Shown here one piece after another: positions 27,946 to 37,348 of a stretch of DNA of 64,000 nucleotides. Where the stretch lies: the IMG/VR virus record IMGVR_UViG_3300035698_029839, positions 62,001 to 126,000 of that record; one strand, given 5' to 3'. How positions within the stretch are numbered: position 1 is the stretch's first letter; each line of letters opens with the position of its first letter. The position numbers and the translations under genes were made by a program. The notes below the pieces were generated by a model. The model was not told the DNA's origin. It ran no database searches and saw nothing but the letters and a program-made list of their open reading frames with translations.

Positions 27946-28866
27946 CTATTTTTTTCCTATAAATTCATGTGGCACATTTGGATTATAAAGCATGGCAGCA
28001 ATTGCCATATTTGTTTCTGGATGAATTATAAAATCACATTCCGCCAAACAGAGAGTGTCTATAATATTTTCTTTTCCTGCATCTCCTTTTGTTTTGCCGT
28101 CCATCGGTCCGTAGTCGGGGTCATTCCATTGGGGATCAATATCTGAAGAATGATATCTATATCTCATGTTATTTTTATGACATATTAGATTATTCCCGAA
28201 TTCTTTCTCGAATTTTTTAACAGATTCATGGCTGTCAGAAATTAAGTAGATATGATCAGCATCAATTTTTTTCATATAGTCTTGGCATTTTTTTATATAA
28301 TCATCTATTTCAAGTTTTTTGCCAGTTTTGAAAGTAGTATTTCCTGATATGGCATTAAATTTATTTGTTCCTCTGGCAAACGTACCAATTATTTTTTTCC
28401 CCTTCATATGCTTTTCGTAAAAGTCGTTTTTTTCTTTTAGTATGTAGGGTTTTATTTTTATATATTTATCAATTATTTTTTTGAAATGATTTCTATGTTT
28501 GAAATCAAAAGTAGGTGGAGTATTATTTTTAAATCTAGATAAATACCCCTTTGCTCCTCCAGCTATTCCTAAATAATAATGTAGGTGTTGAGGGTTAGAC
28601 ATAAAAGATGATCTGATTTTTTTATTTTTTTTATCTTTTTCACTTATATTTTTATCTGAGAATTGAGATACTGGTTCAAAGTAATATTCCCACACATTGT
28701 CTCCATATTTTAAATCGTAACATAGCAATTTTGGATTTTTCATACTTATTATTGGTATGAGATCTTTTTTTTCGCATTTGCTTAGATTATCCAGCACTTG
28801 TAAAAATATAGATGTTATGGAAGCTTTTCTGCTACTACGCGTTATATATGAAAATCTTTCATTCAT
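27946..28866 (-). CDS. NodZ/O-fucosyltransferase-like GT-B protein
   Basis: NVWEYYFEP, IGTFARGTNK (family GVHVRGTDK), IYLISDS and DTLCLAECDFII motifs. Confidence 0.72.
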   Translation of the reverse strand: MNERFSYITRSSRKASITSIFLQVLDNLSKCEKKDLIPIISMKNPKLLCYDLKYGDNVWEYYFEPVSQFSDKNISEKDKKNKKIRSSFMSNPQHLHYYLGIAGGAKGYLSRFKNNTPPTFDFKHRNHFKKIIDKYIKIKPYILKEKNDFYEKHMKGKKIIGTFARGTNKFNAISGNTTFKTGKKLEIDDYIKKCQDYMKKIDADHIYLISDSHESVKKFEKEFGNNLICHKNNMRYRYHSSDIDPQWNDPDYGPMDGKTKGDAGKENIIDTLCLAECDFIIHPETNMAIAAMLYNPNVPHEFIGKK

Positions 28867-28891
28867 TTATTTATCTTTCTTATAAATTTTG

Positions 28892-28909
28892 TCGATATAT
28901 TTATATCGA
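28892..28909. promoter_or_regulatory. Palindrome TCGATATA-TT-TATATCGA in the divergent intergenic region between the two island operons
   Basis: Perfect 8-bp arms; reads TATAAATA on the - strand; matches 4101-4117. Confidence 0.62.
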
Positions 28910-28949
28910 ATTTTATAATAAAAAAGATTAATATAAGAGGAATATTAAT

Positions 28950-29903
28950 ATGAGAAAAATAATTTGTATAACACCTGTTAAACACATAGATGGAGCTATG
29001 GAAGCTCTTCAAGGACATGGAGAAGTTATTTATGACCCGTACATTAGTAAAGTAGATCTTAAAAATAAAATAATTAATAATGAAATAGATACTATATTTT
29101 GCAATCCCTGTAAACAGATTTTTAAGATTGATGAGGAATTATTGAGTGGAACAAAGATTAATACTATTTGCACTTCTTCTACGGGTAATAATCATATAGA
29201 CATGGTTTATTGTAAAATTAACAATATAAATGTTTTGGCTATAACTAAAGATTATAAAATACTTAAGACTATAACAGCTACAGCGGAAATGGCTTTTACT
29301 CTTACCCTAGCTATTATTAGGAATTTAATAAAAGCTGTTAAAAGTTCTAGTGAGTATGATTGGGACTATGAGAAACATAAGAGTAGACAATTAGATCATC
29401 TGTCTGTTGGTATTATCGGATATGGTAGACTGGGAGAGATTTATGCTAGGTTTTGTAGTCCTTTCTTTAAAGATATTTTGGTTGTAGATCCTTATAAAAA
29501 TGTCCCCAACGATTATCAACAAGTAGAGTTTGATGAATTATTGAAAGAGTCAGATGTTATTGCTCTTCATATTCATCTTAACAAAGAGAATCGTCATATA
29601 ATAAATGAAAAGTCAATTAATAAAATGAAAGATGGTGTTTATTTAATTAATACTTCTAGGGGTGACATAGTAGATGAAAAAGCGGTTATAGAAGCTATTA
29701 GAAGCGGAAAGATAAAAGGTTATGCTGCCGATGTTATATCAGATGAGTATAAAGACGGAGTTGCAGGAAGCGAATTAATTAAAGCTATGAATGAAGGATT
29801 GAATATTATTATTACTCCTCATATTTCTGGTTGTACTAAAGAATCTCAAAAAATAGCGTACTTATATGTTATATCTAAATTAGGAAAGAAGAGAAATGAT
29901 TAA
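28950..29903 (+). CDS. D-isomer-specific 2-hydroxyacid dehydrogenase (SerA-like)
   Basis: GIIGYGRLG, LINTSRGDIVDE and ITPHISG motifs. Confidence 0.9.
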   Translation: MRKIICITPVKHIDGAMEALQGHGEVIYDPYISKVDLKNKIINNEIDTIFCNPCKQIFKIDEELLSGTKINTICTSSTGNNHIDMVYCKINNINVLAITKDYKILKTITATAEMAFTLTLAIIRNLIKAVKSSSEYDWDYEKHKSRQLDHLSVGIIGYGRLGEIYARFCSPFFKDILVVDPYKNVPNDYQQVEFDELLKESDVIALHIHLNKENRHIINEKSINKMKDGVYLINTSRGDIVDEKAVIEAIRSGKIKGYAADVISDEYKDGVAGSELIKAMNEGLNIIITPHISGCTKESQKIAYLYVISKLGKKRND

Positions 29904-30606
29904 TAATAAAAAAATATTAGCTATCACTCTGGCAAGAGGAGGATCTAAAGCAGTTAAAAAGAAAAATATTGTCGATATCTGCGGCAAACCATTATTACAA
30001 TATACAACTGACGAAGTTAAGAAAAGTAAATATATTGATAGATATATAGTTTCTACTGACGCTGATGATATTAAAGAAGTTTGTGAAGAATTAGATGTTG
30101 AATATTATAATAGATCTAAAGAATTTGCTCAATCCACTTCTACAACTGAAGATGCATTGATAGAGGTTGTAAACAATATAGGTGAAAATTTTGATTATAT
30201 TGTTGAAATAATGTGTACAAATCCACTTAAGACTATTGAAGATATAGATGGATGTATAGAAAAAATAGAAAATACTGATGCTGATTCTGTTACGTCAGTT
30301 GTAAGGATATGGGACCATCATCCATCAAGAGCAAAATATATTGAGGACGATTTATTAAAAGATTTTTTTCCAGAAAAGCAGCACAGGCGACAAGATTTAA
30401 AACCTCCTGCTTATGTTAGGAATGGATCTGTCTATATTACATATGTAGATAAATTATTAAAATACAAAAATAGATTAAATGGTCTTATTAGGCCATATAT
30501 TATGTCAGAGGATAATACAATCAATATAGATGAACATAGAGATTTAGAATTAGCTAGAATTTTAATAAAAATATTAAGTAAGGATAAAAAAAATGAAAAA
30601 AATTAA
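29896..30606 (+). CDS. neuA: Acylneuraminate cytidylyltransferase (CMP-ulosonate synthetase)
   Basis: LARGGSKAVKKKNI, VSTD, RRQDL, RNGSVY and INIDE..D motifs. Confidence 0.9.
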   Translation: MINNKKILAITLARGGSKAVKKKNIVDICGKPLLQYTTDEVKKSKYIDRYIVSTDADDIKEVCEELDVEYYNRSKEFAQSTSTTEDALIEVVNNIGENFDYIVEIMCTNPLKTIEDIDGCIEKIENTDADSVTSVVRIWDHHPSRAKYIEDDLLKDFFPEKQHRRQDLKPPAYVRNGSVYITYVDKLLKYKNRLNGLIRPYIMSEDNTINIDEHRDLELARILIKILSKDKKNEKN

Positions 30607-31405
30607 GTTAATAGCGGAATTAGGATGGAATTGGATCGGAGATATTTCTCTTGCTAAAGAGATGATTTCAGCAGCAAAAGAATCAGGTGCTGATTATGCC
30701 AAATTTCAATCTTGGAAGGTTGATAGATTATTACCAGGTGCTTGGGATACAGATGGTAGAAGAGAGATATATAAAAAAGCAGAATTAACAGAAGAAAAAC
30801 ATCATATTATGAAAGAATACTGCGATTCTGTAGGAATTAAATTTCTTACTTCTTGTTTTTGCGAGAGAGATATAGATACTATGTTAAATTCTATTTTAAA
30901 TTTTACTAATGAGATTAAAATCCCAGGTGGCGATACGGGATGTCCTGAATTGGTGGAACCAGCTATAGAGAAATTTGATCATGTTTATATGTCTGTAGGT
31001 GCATTGGGTCTAGAAGAATATATTAAATGGGCATCTTATGACAACGTGACATTGATGCATTGTGTTTCTTCTTATCCTTGTAGTTTAGATCACGCTAACT
31101 TCCCAAAAATGAAATTCTTACAATCTCTTACTCCTCGAGTTGGGTATAGCGGACATGTTTTAGGTAATAGAGATGCGATGATTGCTATTGCCATGGGCGC
31201 TACTGTTATTGAGAAGCATTTTACTATTGATAATAATTTACCAGGAAAAGACAATCAGTTTTCTATTGAACCTCATGAGATGAAAGAAATAAAAGATTTT
31301 ATCGATGATTATGAAAAAGTAACAATTAATAGAGGGCTATTAGTACAAGAATGTGAGAGAGTTTATAAGGATAATTATGTAGGTAGATGGATGGGAGGAG
31401 AGTAA
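30593..31405 (+). CDS. neuB: NeuB-family synthase, tandem copy 1
   Basis: IAELGWNWIG, AKFQ, MHCVSSYP, GYSGH and IEKHFT motifs. Confidence 0.88.
   Translation: MKKIKLIAELGWNWIGDISLAKEMISAAKESGADYAKFQSWKVDRLLPGAWDTDGRREIYKKAELTEEKHHIMKEYCDSVGIKFLTSCFCERDIDTMLNSILNFTNEIKIPGGDTGCPELVEPAIEKFDHVYMSVGALGLEEYIKWASYDNVTLMHCVSSYPCSLDHANFPKMKFLQSLTPRVGYSGHVLGNRDAMIAIAMGATVIEKHFTIDNNLPGKDNQFSIEPHEMKEIKDFIDDYEKVTINRGLLVQECERVYKDNYVGRWMGGE
31025..31166 (+). repeat. 142-nt block with 3 mismatches to 31829-31970; 31194-31251 is also identical to 31998-32055
   Basis: Direct comparison, offset 804 nt. Confidence 0.9.
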
Positions 31406-31408
31406 AAA

Positions 31409-32203
31409 ATGAAAAAAGTTAAATTAGTTGCGGAGTTAGGTTGGAGTTGGGTTGGAGATGTTTCTCTTGCTAAAGAGATGGTTTTTGCAGCAAAAGAATC
31501 AGGTGCTGATTGTGCTAAATTTCAAACTTGGAAAGCGGAAAGATTAATACCTGGGCCTTGGGACGAGGATGGCAGAAGAGAGATATATAAAAAAGCAGAA
31601 TTTACAGTAGAAAAACATCATATTATGAAGGACTACTGTGATTCTCTAGGAATAGAATTTATGACTTCTTGTTTTTGCGAGAGAGATATAGATACTATTT
31701 TAGAGTTTGCCAATGAAGTTAAGATTCCAGGTGCAGATGGAAGTTGTATTCCATTAATAGAAAAAGTAGTAGAGAAATTTGATCACGTTTATTTGTCTAC
31801 TGGTGCATTGGGTTTAGAAGAATATATCAAATGGGCATCTTATGACAACGTGACATTGATGCATTGTGTTTCTTCTTATCCTTGTAGTTTAGAGAATGCT
31901 AACTTCCCAAAAATGAAATTCTTACAATCTCTTACTCCTCGAGTTGGGTATAGCGGACATGTTTTAGGTAGCCTGGATGCTATTCTTGCTATCGCTTTGG
32001 GCGCTACTGTTATTGAGAAGCATTTTACTATTGATAATAATTTACCAGGAAAAGATAATAAAATGTCTATTCTTCCAAGTCATATGAAAGAAATAAAAGA
32101 TTTTAGAGATGCTTATGATAAAATGACAATTGATAATGGATTATTAATACAAGAATGTGAGAAAAATTTTAGAAAATGTATGACTGGAAGGTGGGATGGG
32201 TGA
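31409..32203 (+). CDS. neuB: NeuB-family synthase, tandem copy 2
   Basis: VAELGWSWVG, MHCVSSYP, GYSGH and IEKHFT motifs. Confidence 0.88.
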   Translation: MKKVKLVAELGWSWVGDVSLAKEMVFAAKESGADCAKFQTWKAERLIPGPWDEDGRREIYKKAEFTVEKHHIMKDYCDSLGIEFMTSCFCERDIDTILEFANEVKIPGADGSCIPLIEKVVEKFDHVYLSTGALGLEEYIKWASYDNVTLMHCVSSYPCSLENANFPKMKFLQSLTPRVGYSGHVLGSLDAILAIALGATVIEKHFTIDNNLPGKDNKMSILPSHMKEIKDFRDAYDKMTIDNGLLIQECEKNFRKCMTGRWDG

Positions 32204-33012
32204 ATAAAGATTGGCTTTTAAATATTGAAAGTTATGAAAACAAAATATATTCTCAAGGAGGACAAGACGGAGTTATTGAATATATTTTTAATAATATAAG
32301 AACAAAAAATAACCCACCTTATTGTGTTGAGTTTGGATTTAATTCAGATACTTTAACTGGAGGTTCAGGTCCTAATGTTGCGAATCTTATTAAATATAAA
32401 GGATGGAAGGGTTTATTGTTAGATAGGGATTATGAGAATTTGGAAATTAATTTACATAAGCATTTTTTAACAAGCGATAATATTTGTGATATATTTAAAA
32501 TACATAATGTTCCTAAAGAGCCAGAATATGTTAGTATTGATATTGACTCTATAGACTTATGGTTATTTGAAGCGATTTTATCAGATTATAGGCCACTTGT
32601 TGTTTCGGTTGAATATAATTCTCTTTTTCCATTTGAGAGGGCTATAACTGTTTGTAATAACAATGATTTTAAAAAAAGAAAAGGTATGTATGGAGCATCT
32701 TTAAAAGCTTTAAAATTAGTTGGTGATAAATTCGGTTATGATATTATTAACATAGTGAGGGAAGATGTATTTTTTATAAGACATGATTTAATTGAAGATG
32801 TTAGTGCTATTCCTATAGAATATTTTAGAAATAAAACTTCTGTGGTTAGTAAGACACCTATACTTATATCAAAAAGGGGTTATAAGCTTGCTGATAAACT
32901 AGCTAAAAACTCTTTAGATTATGAAGTTTATTTAAAAACAGGCGGGGATATAAAAAAAAGTAGACAAGAAGCTTTTTTAATTAGCAGAGAATGTCTTCTA
33001 AAAAAGAAATAA
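32200..33012 (+). CDS. FkbM-like methyltransferase-fold protein
   Basis: YSQGGQDGVIEYIF, CVEFG, SIDIDSID and RPLVVSVEYN motifs; GTGA overlap start. Confidence 0.7.
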   Translation: MNKDWLLNIESYENKIYSQGGQDGVIEYIFNNIRTKNNPPYCVEFGFNSDTLTGGSGPNVANLIKYKGWKGLLLDRDYENLEINLHKHFLTSDNICDIFKIHNVPKEPEYVSIDIDSIDLWLFEAILSDYRPLVVSVEYNSLFPFERAITVCNNNDFKKRKGMYGASLKALKLVGDKFGYDIINIVREDVFFIRHDLIEDVSAIPIEYFRNKTSVVSKTPILISKRGYKLADKLAKNSLDYEVYLKTGGDIKKSRQEAFLISRECLLKKK

Positions 33013-33022
33013 TGGAGTAATA

Positions 33023-33667
33023 ATGAATAGAACATTAATAGTTATACTTACATGGAATCGTTTGGAAAAAACTAAACATACCCTTAAGACTTTAAAAAAA
33101 CATAATGGTAGAGATCTAGATTTTTTATTCGTTGATAATGGATCAACTGATGGTACTGTAGAATTTGTAGAAAGAAAAGGCTGGAAAATAATTAAGAACA
33201 AAACTAATGAGGGTATTTTTAGAGCCACTACTAAAGCTTGGATGGAAGGAGTTAAGATGGGATATGATTTTATTCTGAATCTTCAGAACGATTTCCCATG
33301 TTCACGAAGAATACCTTTTAATACTCTTGAGTCATATATGGACAATAATTCTGATGTTTGTTATATAAGGTTAAATAAGAAGAAAGATAAAAAGAAAAAT
33401 ATTGTCACAAATGCTCTTATTAAATATCAGGAGGAAGAGAAATTTGAAGACTATAGAATATTAAAATGTAATTACCATGCAGGTTTTAATCCTTCTATGA
33501 TTAGATCTACTATTATAAAAGACTATATAAAATATGATGGAGACAATCCGAGAGAACGTATTCTTATGAATAATTTTGAAAAAATGGGTAAGCAGTGTGC
33601 CAAATTGTATCCAGAAGTTTTTGAAACATTAAGACAGAACCATCATATACCAGGTTGGATACATTAA
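33023..33667 (+). CDS. GT2 glycosyltransferase
   Basis: VILTWNR, FVDNGSTDGT and NLQND motifs. Confidence 0.85.
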   Translation: MNRTLIVILTWNRLEKTKHTLKTLKKHNGRDLDFLFVDNGSTDGTVEFVERKGWKIIKNKTNEGIFRATTKAWMEGVKMGYDFILNLQNDFPCSRRIPFNTLESYMDNNSDVCYIRLNKKKDKKKNIVTNALIKYQEEEKFEDYRILKCNYHAGFNPSMIRSTIIKDYIKYDGDNPRERILMNNFEKMGKQCAKLYPEVFETLRQNHHIPGWIH

Positions 33668-34407
33668 TGGGTCTTTTTTTAAATCATGAATTTGATAAAA
33701 ATAATAGAACTAAAACTGTAGTTATATATGGTTGTGGATCTTCTTTGAATGATCTTACCGATTTAGATAGTTATGTTCTGAGCCAGTTCGATAGTGTGGC
33801 GTTCAACTGGTTTTGTTTTTCCCATATTCCTGTTACTTATTACTTAGTTAGAGAGCAGGCTAATATTCCTAAAAGAGTTCATGGAGAAGAGACAGTCGAT
33901 AATTTTTACAATTTAATTAACAAGTATTATAAAAAAAGTTGTTTAGTTATTCATGATTTATATAATCATTCTCCTAATGCTTATCCTTACTGGCATGTCA
34001 ATAATGAAAAAGAATTTATTCCTAATTCTATTTATGTGCAAGATACAAAATTAAAAGGGAATGATCCAGGAGTGGATAGGTGGGGGAAAGAGAATATTTT
34101 GAAAGATGGTATATATCATGGAAAAACTACATTAACTAATACTTTACATTTTGCGGTATGGATGGGTTATGAAAGAATTATTTTTGTTGGTATAGATCTT
34201 TATGATTCTAAATATTTTTGGTTGAAAGATAATGAAACAAGATATTCTGTAAAGAATAAGAAAAAGACAAAAGATTCTAAGCACCAAGCGGCAAAGGACA
34301 CTTTGGGTTTAATTGAAAAAGTTAAAAAAATTTATCCAGATATAGAAATGTATACATATAATAAAAAATCTTTGTTATCTGGTGTTATTGGGGTGTGGAA
34401 TAGCTAA
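33667..34407 (+). CDS. Maf/DUF115 (Cst-II sialyltransferase-like) protein 1
   Basis: VVIYGCGSSL, VAFNW and GYERIIFVGIDLY motifs; TAATG-coupled start. Confidence 0.65.
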   Translation: MGLFLNHEFDKNNRTKTVVIYGCGSSLNDLTDLDSYVLSQFDSVAFNWFCFSHIPVTYYLVREQANIPKRVHGEETVDNFYNLINKYYKKSCLVIHDLYNHSPNAYPYWHVNNEKEFIPNSIYVQDTKLKGNDPGVDRWGKENILKDGIYHGKTTLTNTLHFAVWMGYERIIFVGIDLYDSKYFWLKDNETRYSVKNKKKTKDSKHQAAKDTLGLIEKVKKIYPDIEMYTYNKKSLLSGVIGVWNS

Positions 34408-34921
34408 GCCAAGAAATAAAAGATATGAGTATATCCTTAAACATCTTAAGAGATTAAGAGTAAGGCCAGGTTCAGTAGTTATCGATTGTGCTTGTGGAGA
34501 TGGATATGGATCTAGTATTTTAAATTCAGCAGATATGAGTGTTATAGGGTATGATATATCAGAAGAATTAGTATTTGCAGCTATCGAAAGAGGCATAGAA
34601 GCAGATATATCTAATATTTGTAATCTTCCATGCGAAGATGATATGGCTGATGTATTTGTTTGTTCAGAAACGCTGGAACATTTAGATAAACAAGAATCTC
34701 AAAAGGCAGTTAATGAAATAAAAAGAACTACTAAAAAAAATGGAATTATTTGTGTGACGGTTCCATCAGATCCTAAGTTGTGTCTTAGAAATAAAAATCA
34801 TAAACAATATTTATCTTTGAAAAATTTGAAAGATATTTTTAGCGATTGTCATATATTATTTCATGGAGAGTTTTGTAAGAAACCAGGAAAATGTAATACA
34901 GTAGTTTTTTTTAGAAAATAG
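34382..34921 (+). CDS. Class I methyltransferase (start uncertain)
   Basis: VIDCACGDGYG, GYDIS and VCSETLEHL motifs. Confidence 0.85.
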   Translation: MLLGCGIAKPRNKRYEYILKHLKRLRVRPGSVVIDCACGDGYGSSILNSADMSVIGYDISEELVFAAIERGIEADISNICNLPCEDDMADVFVCSETLEHLDKQESQKAVNEIKRTTKKNGIICVTVPSDPKLCLRNKNHKQYLSLKNLKDIFSDCHILFHGEFCKKPGKCNTVVFFRK

Positions 34922-34923
34922 AT

Positions 34924-35784
34924 ATGAACATACTTTTTGTAACTGATAAACAAGGCAGGATTCAGTATAACAGGGCAAAGATATTACAAAATTTAATTAA
35001 GAATCATTCAATAGAAGTCGCCACATTAAAAGATAGAAATATTAATTGGAAGAGATATGATTTAATTTACTATTCTCATTTTTCCCTGCATAAGAAAATT
35101 CCTGCTCCAGAAAATAAAACAATTCTCACATCTATAACTAGTCATAAATGTTTGTCAGATTTTAAAAAGACTTTAAAAATTTTAGATAAGTTTGATAGAG
35201 TATCGGTCAATAATACAATTCTGTTTGATAAATTTAAAGATAATATTAAAAACTTATATTACACTCCTAATGGGGTAGACACTTCTTTTTTCGCACCTGA
35301 TTATAATGATCTTCATGATGATATTATTTTTGGGTGGGTTGGGAATATTGATAGAGCTACTAAAAGGTATAATGAAATTGTTATTCCTTTGAGTAAGAAA
35401 TATACTTTCAAGATAATAGGGACTTCTAAAAAAGATTGTATAGATAAATTATTAAACAAGCAAGAGATGAGAGATTATTATAATAGTATCGATTATTTTG
35501 TTGTTTCTAGTGATACGGAGGGAACTCCAAATCCTGCTCTTGAGGCCATGTCCTGTGGTATTCCTGTAATAACCACTAAAGTGGGCAATATGATAGAGAT
35601 TGTTGATTCTGGGGTATCTGGTTTCTTTGTAGAGGGTGATATGCAATCATTTATAGATGTTATAAAAAATTTATCAAAAAGTGATTACCAAGAAATGTGT
35701 ATTAAATCTAGAAATAGGATTGAATCATGGGATTGGTCGATAAAATATAGGGATTGGTGTAATTTTTTATTTAATAAAGGTTAG
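34924..35784 (+). CDS. GT4 glycosyltransferase
   Basis: TPNGVD and EGTPNPALEAMSCGIPV motifs. Confidence 0.9.
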   Translation: MNILFVTDKQGRIQYNRAKILQNLIKNHSIEVATLKDRNINWKRYDLIYYSHFSLHKKIPAPENKTILTSITSHKCLSDFKKTLKILDKFDRVSVNNTILFDKFKDNIKNLYYTPNGVDTSFFAPDYNDLHDDIIFGWVGNIDRATKRYNEIVIPLSKKYTFKIIGTSKKDCIDKLLNKQEMRDYYNSIDYFVVSSDTEGTPNPALEAMSCGIPVITTKVGNMIEIVDSGVSGFFVEGDMQSFIDVIKNLSKSDYQEMCIKSRNRIESWDWSIKYRDWCNFLFNKG

Positions 35785-35787
35785 TTT

Positions 35788-36660
35788 ATGGCAAACATAG
35801 ATTTTATTACTTTTTTGACCAGGCACTCGTCAGCATATGCTGCTTTTCTTAGAAAAACAGGAGAAGCTCTTAAAAGTAATAAGCATAATATTTTATGGAA
35901 ATGTGTTTTATCTAATAAAGCGAAAAAAATTCCAGAAAATTATGAGAATATTAATAAAGTTAATTTTGCTGTAAAGAATTCATCGCTAAGACATGGCTTA
36001 ACAATTAACTCGACCTTGCCCAAGGTTTCTAGTGACTATGTTATTATATCAGATGTAGATGTAGCTATGACATATAAAAATTGGGACGATGAAATTGTAA
36101 AAATCTTAGATGGAGATTATTCATGTTTTGGCTCTGAAAATATTGTAAGAGAAAGGGAGCATTTACATTTTCCTAATGTGCCTTTCTTTTGTTTTAAAAA
36201 AGATATCATGAAAGAAATACAATTAGATTTTACACCAAGAATGAAAAATGGTGATCTCGAGAGATTGATTATAAAAACTAAGGAAGAGGCAGAATTTTAC
36301 GAAAAAAAGATAGGAGAAATAGTAATTTTTAATAGCGGAAGTAGATTGTATAAGCTTTTTAAAGAATCTGGGTTAAAAGGTAAAAGTTTATCTCCAGTAT
36401 TAATTGGATCTAATGATATTCAACTAGAATTTATGAGCAAAAAAGAAAAAGGTGATATATTAAAAGATAATGAAATATCTACTCGTGGTTTATCAGAATT
36501 TCATTATAATGGAAATGTGTTTTTAACACATGTTGGAAGAAGTCATAAAAGAAATTTTAAAATAGGTTATATTAAAAACTGGGTAGAGAGAATTCAAAAA
36601 TATGTTAAAAAGAAATATAATATAGTTTTAAGGAATGAGCCGTATGGATATAAAACTTAA
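35788..36660 (+). CDS. GT-A-like protein (paralogue of 38009)
   Basis: SDYVIISDVDVAMTYKNWD motif. Confidence 0.6.
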   Translation: MANIDFITFLTRHSSAYAAFLRKTGEALKSNKHNILWKCVLSNKAKKIPENYENINKVNFAVKNSSLRHGLTINSTLPKVSSDYVIISDVDVAMTYKNWDDEIVKILDGDYSCFGSENIVREREHLHFPNVPFFCFKKDIMKEIQLDFTPRMKNGDLERLIIKTKEEAEFYEKKIGEIVIFNSGSRLYKLFKESGLKGKSLSPVLIGSNDIQLEFMSKKEKGDILKDNEISTRGLSEFHYNGNVFLTHVGRSHKRNFKIGYIKNWVERIQKYVKKKYNIVLRNEPYGYKT

Positions 36661-37348
36661 TAAATTTAATTGTTGTGATTTTTCTAAAGTAGATTCTATA
36701 GGAGTGATGTGTAGAGGAAGATCTTTGGGAAGCATAGGAGAATATAAAAAGCATTTTAAAAATATATTTATTGTGGGTCAACATGTGAGATCTCTTAGTC
36801 TTATAGGAAAATATGTTAAGGGGGCTAATATGGTGAGAGTGTGGGGAAGTACTTACGATAAGCCATCTGTAGAAGTTAAAGCGATGTATAAAGAGTATAA
36901 TATAAGAGATATTCAAACATATTTAGCTCCTACTGTGAGCGATAGAAAAGCTCATAAATTTAAAAAACTTTTTAAGAGATTTTCTGATTTAGCGCAGGTA
37001 TTTCCTCTTCCTTTGAATTTTCATCAAAGAAACAAGAGATTTATTTTAAAGAGAAAATATAGAGATAGAGAGAGATTGCATCATCCTACTTTGGGGTTGT
37101 ATGGTGTTGATTTGGCTTGTGCCTACAAACCTATATCAATTCATATTATAGGTTTAGATTTCTATACTGTCCCTGATTTTGTAGCGGAAAAAAATCATAT
37201 TAATATTGCTAAAAATGCGCCTAGATGCCATGGGATGATCGAATATTTTAAGTTATTGTGTAAAGAAGAATCAGATATACAATTTTATTTATACACATGC
37301 TGTAAAACAATAAAGAGTGAAGGTAATTTAAAAGTCATAAGAGTATGA
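36635..37348 (+). CDS. Maf/Cst-II-like protein 2 (divergent)
   Basis: IGVMCRGRSL and IHIIGLDFY motifs. Confidence 0.5.
   Translation: MSRMDIKLNKFNCCDFSKVDSIGVMCRGRSLGSIGEYKKHFKNIFIVGQHVRSLSLIGKYVKGANMVRVWGSTYDKPSVEVKAMYKEYNIRDIQTYLAPTVSDRKAHKFKKLFKRFSDLAQVFPLPLNFHQRNKRFILKRKYRDRERLHHPTLGLYGVDLACAYKPISIHIIGLDFYTVPDFVAEKNHINIAKNAPRCHGMIEYFKLLCKEESDIQFYLYTCCKTIKSEGNLKVIRV

Noticed and set aside
34382-34402. Non-canonical ATA start (34400) for the methyltransferase
   Set aside because: GTG 34382 and TTG 34388 are available in frame; the start cannot be resolved from sequence alone
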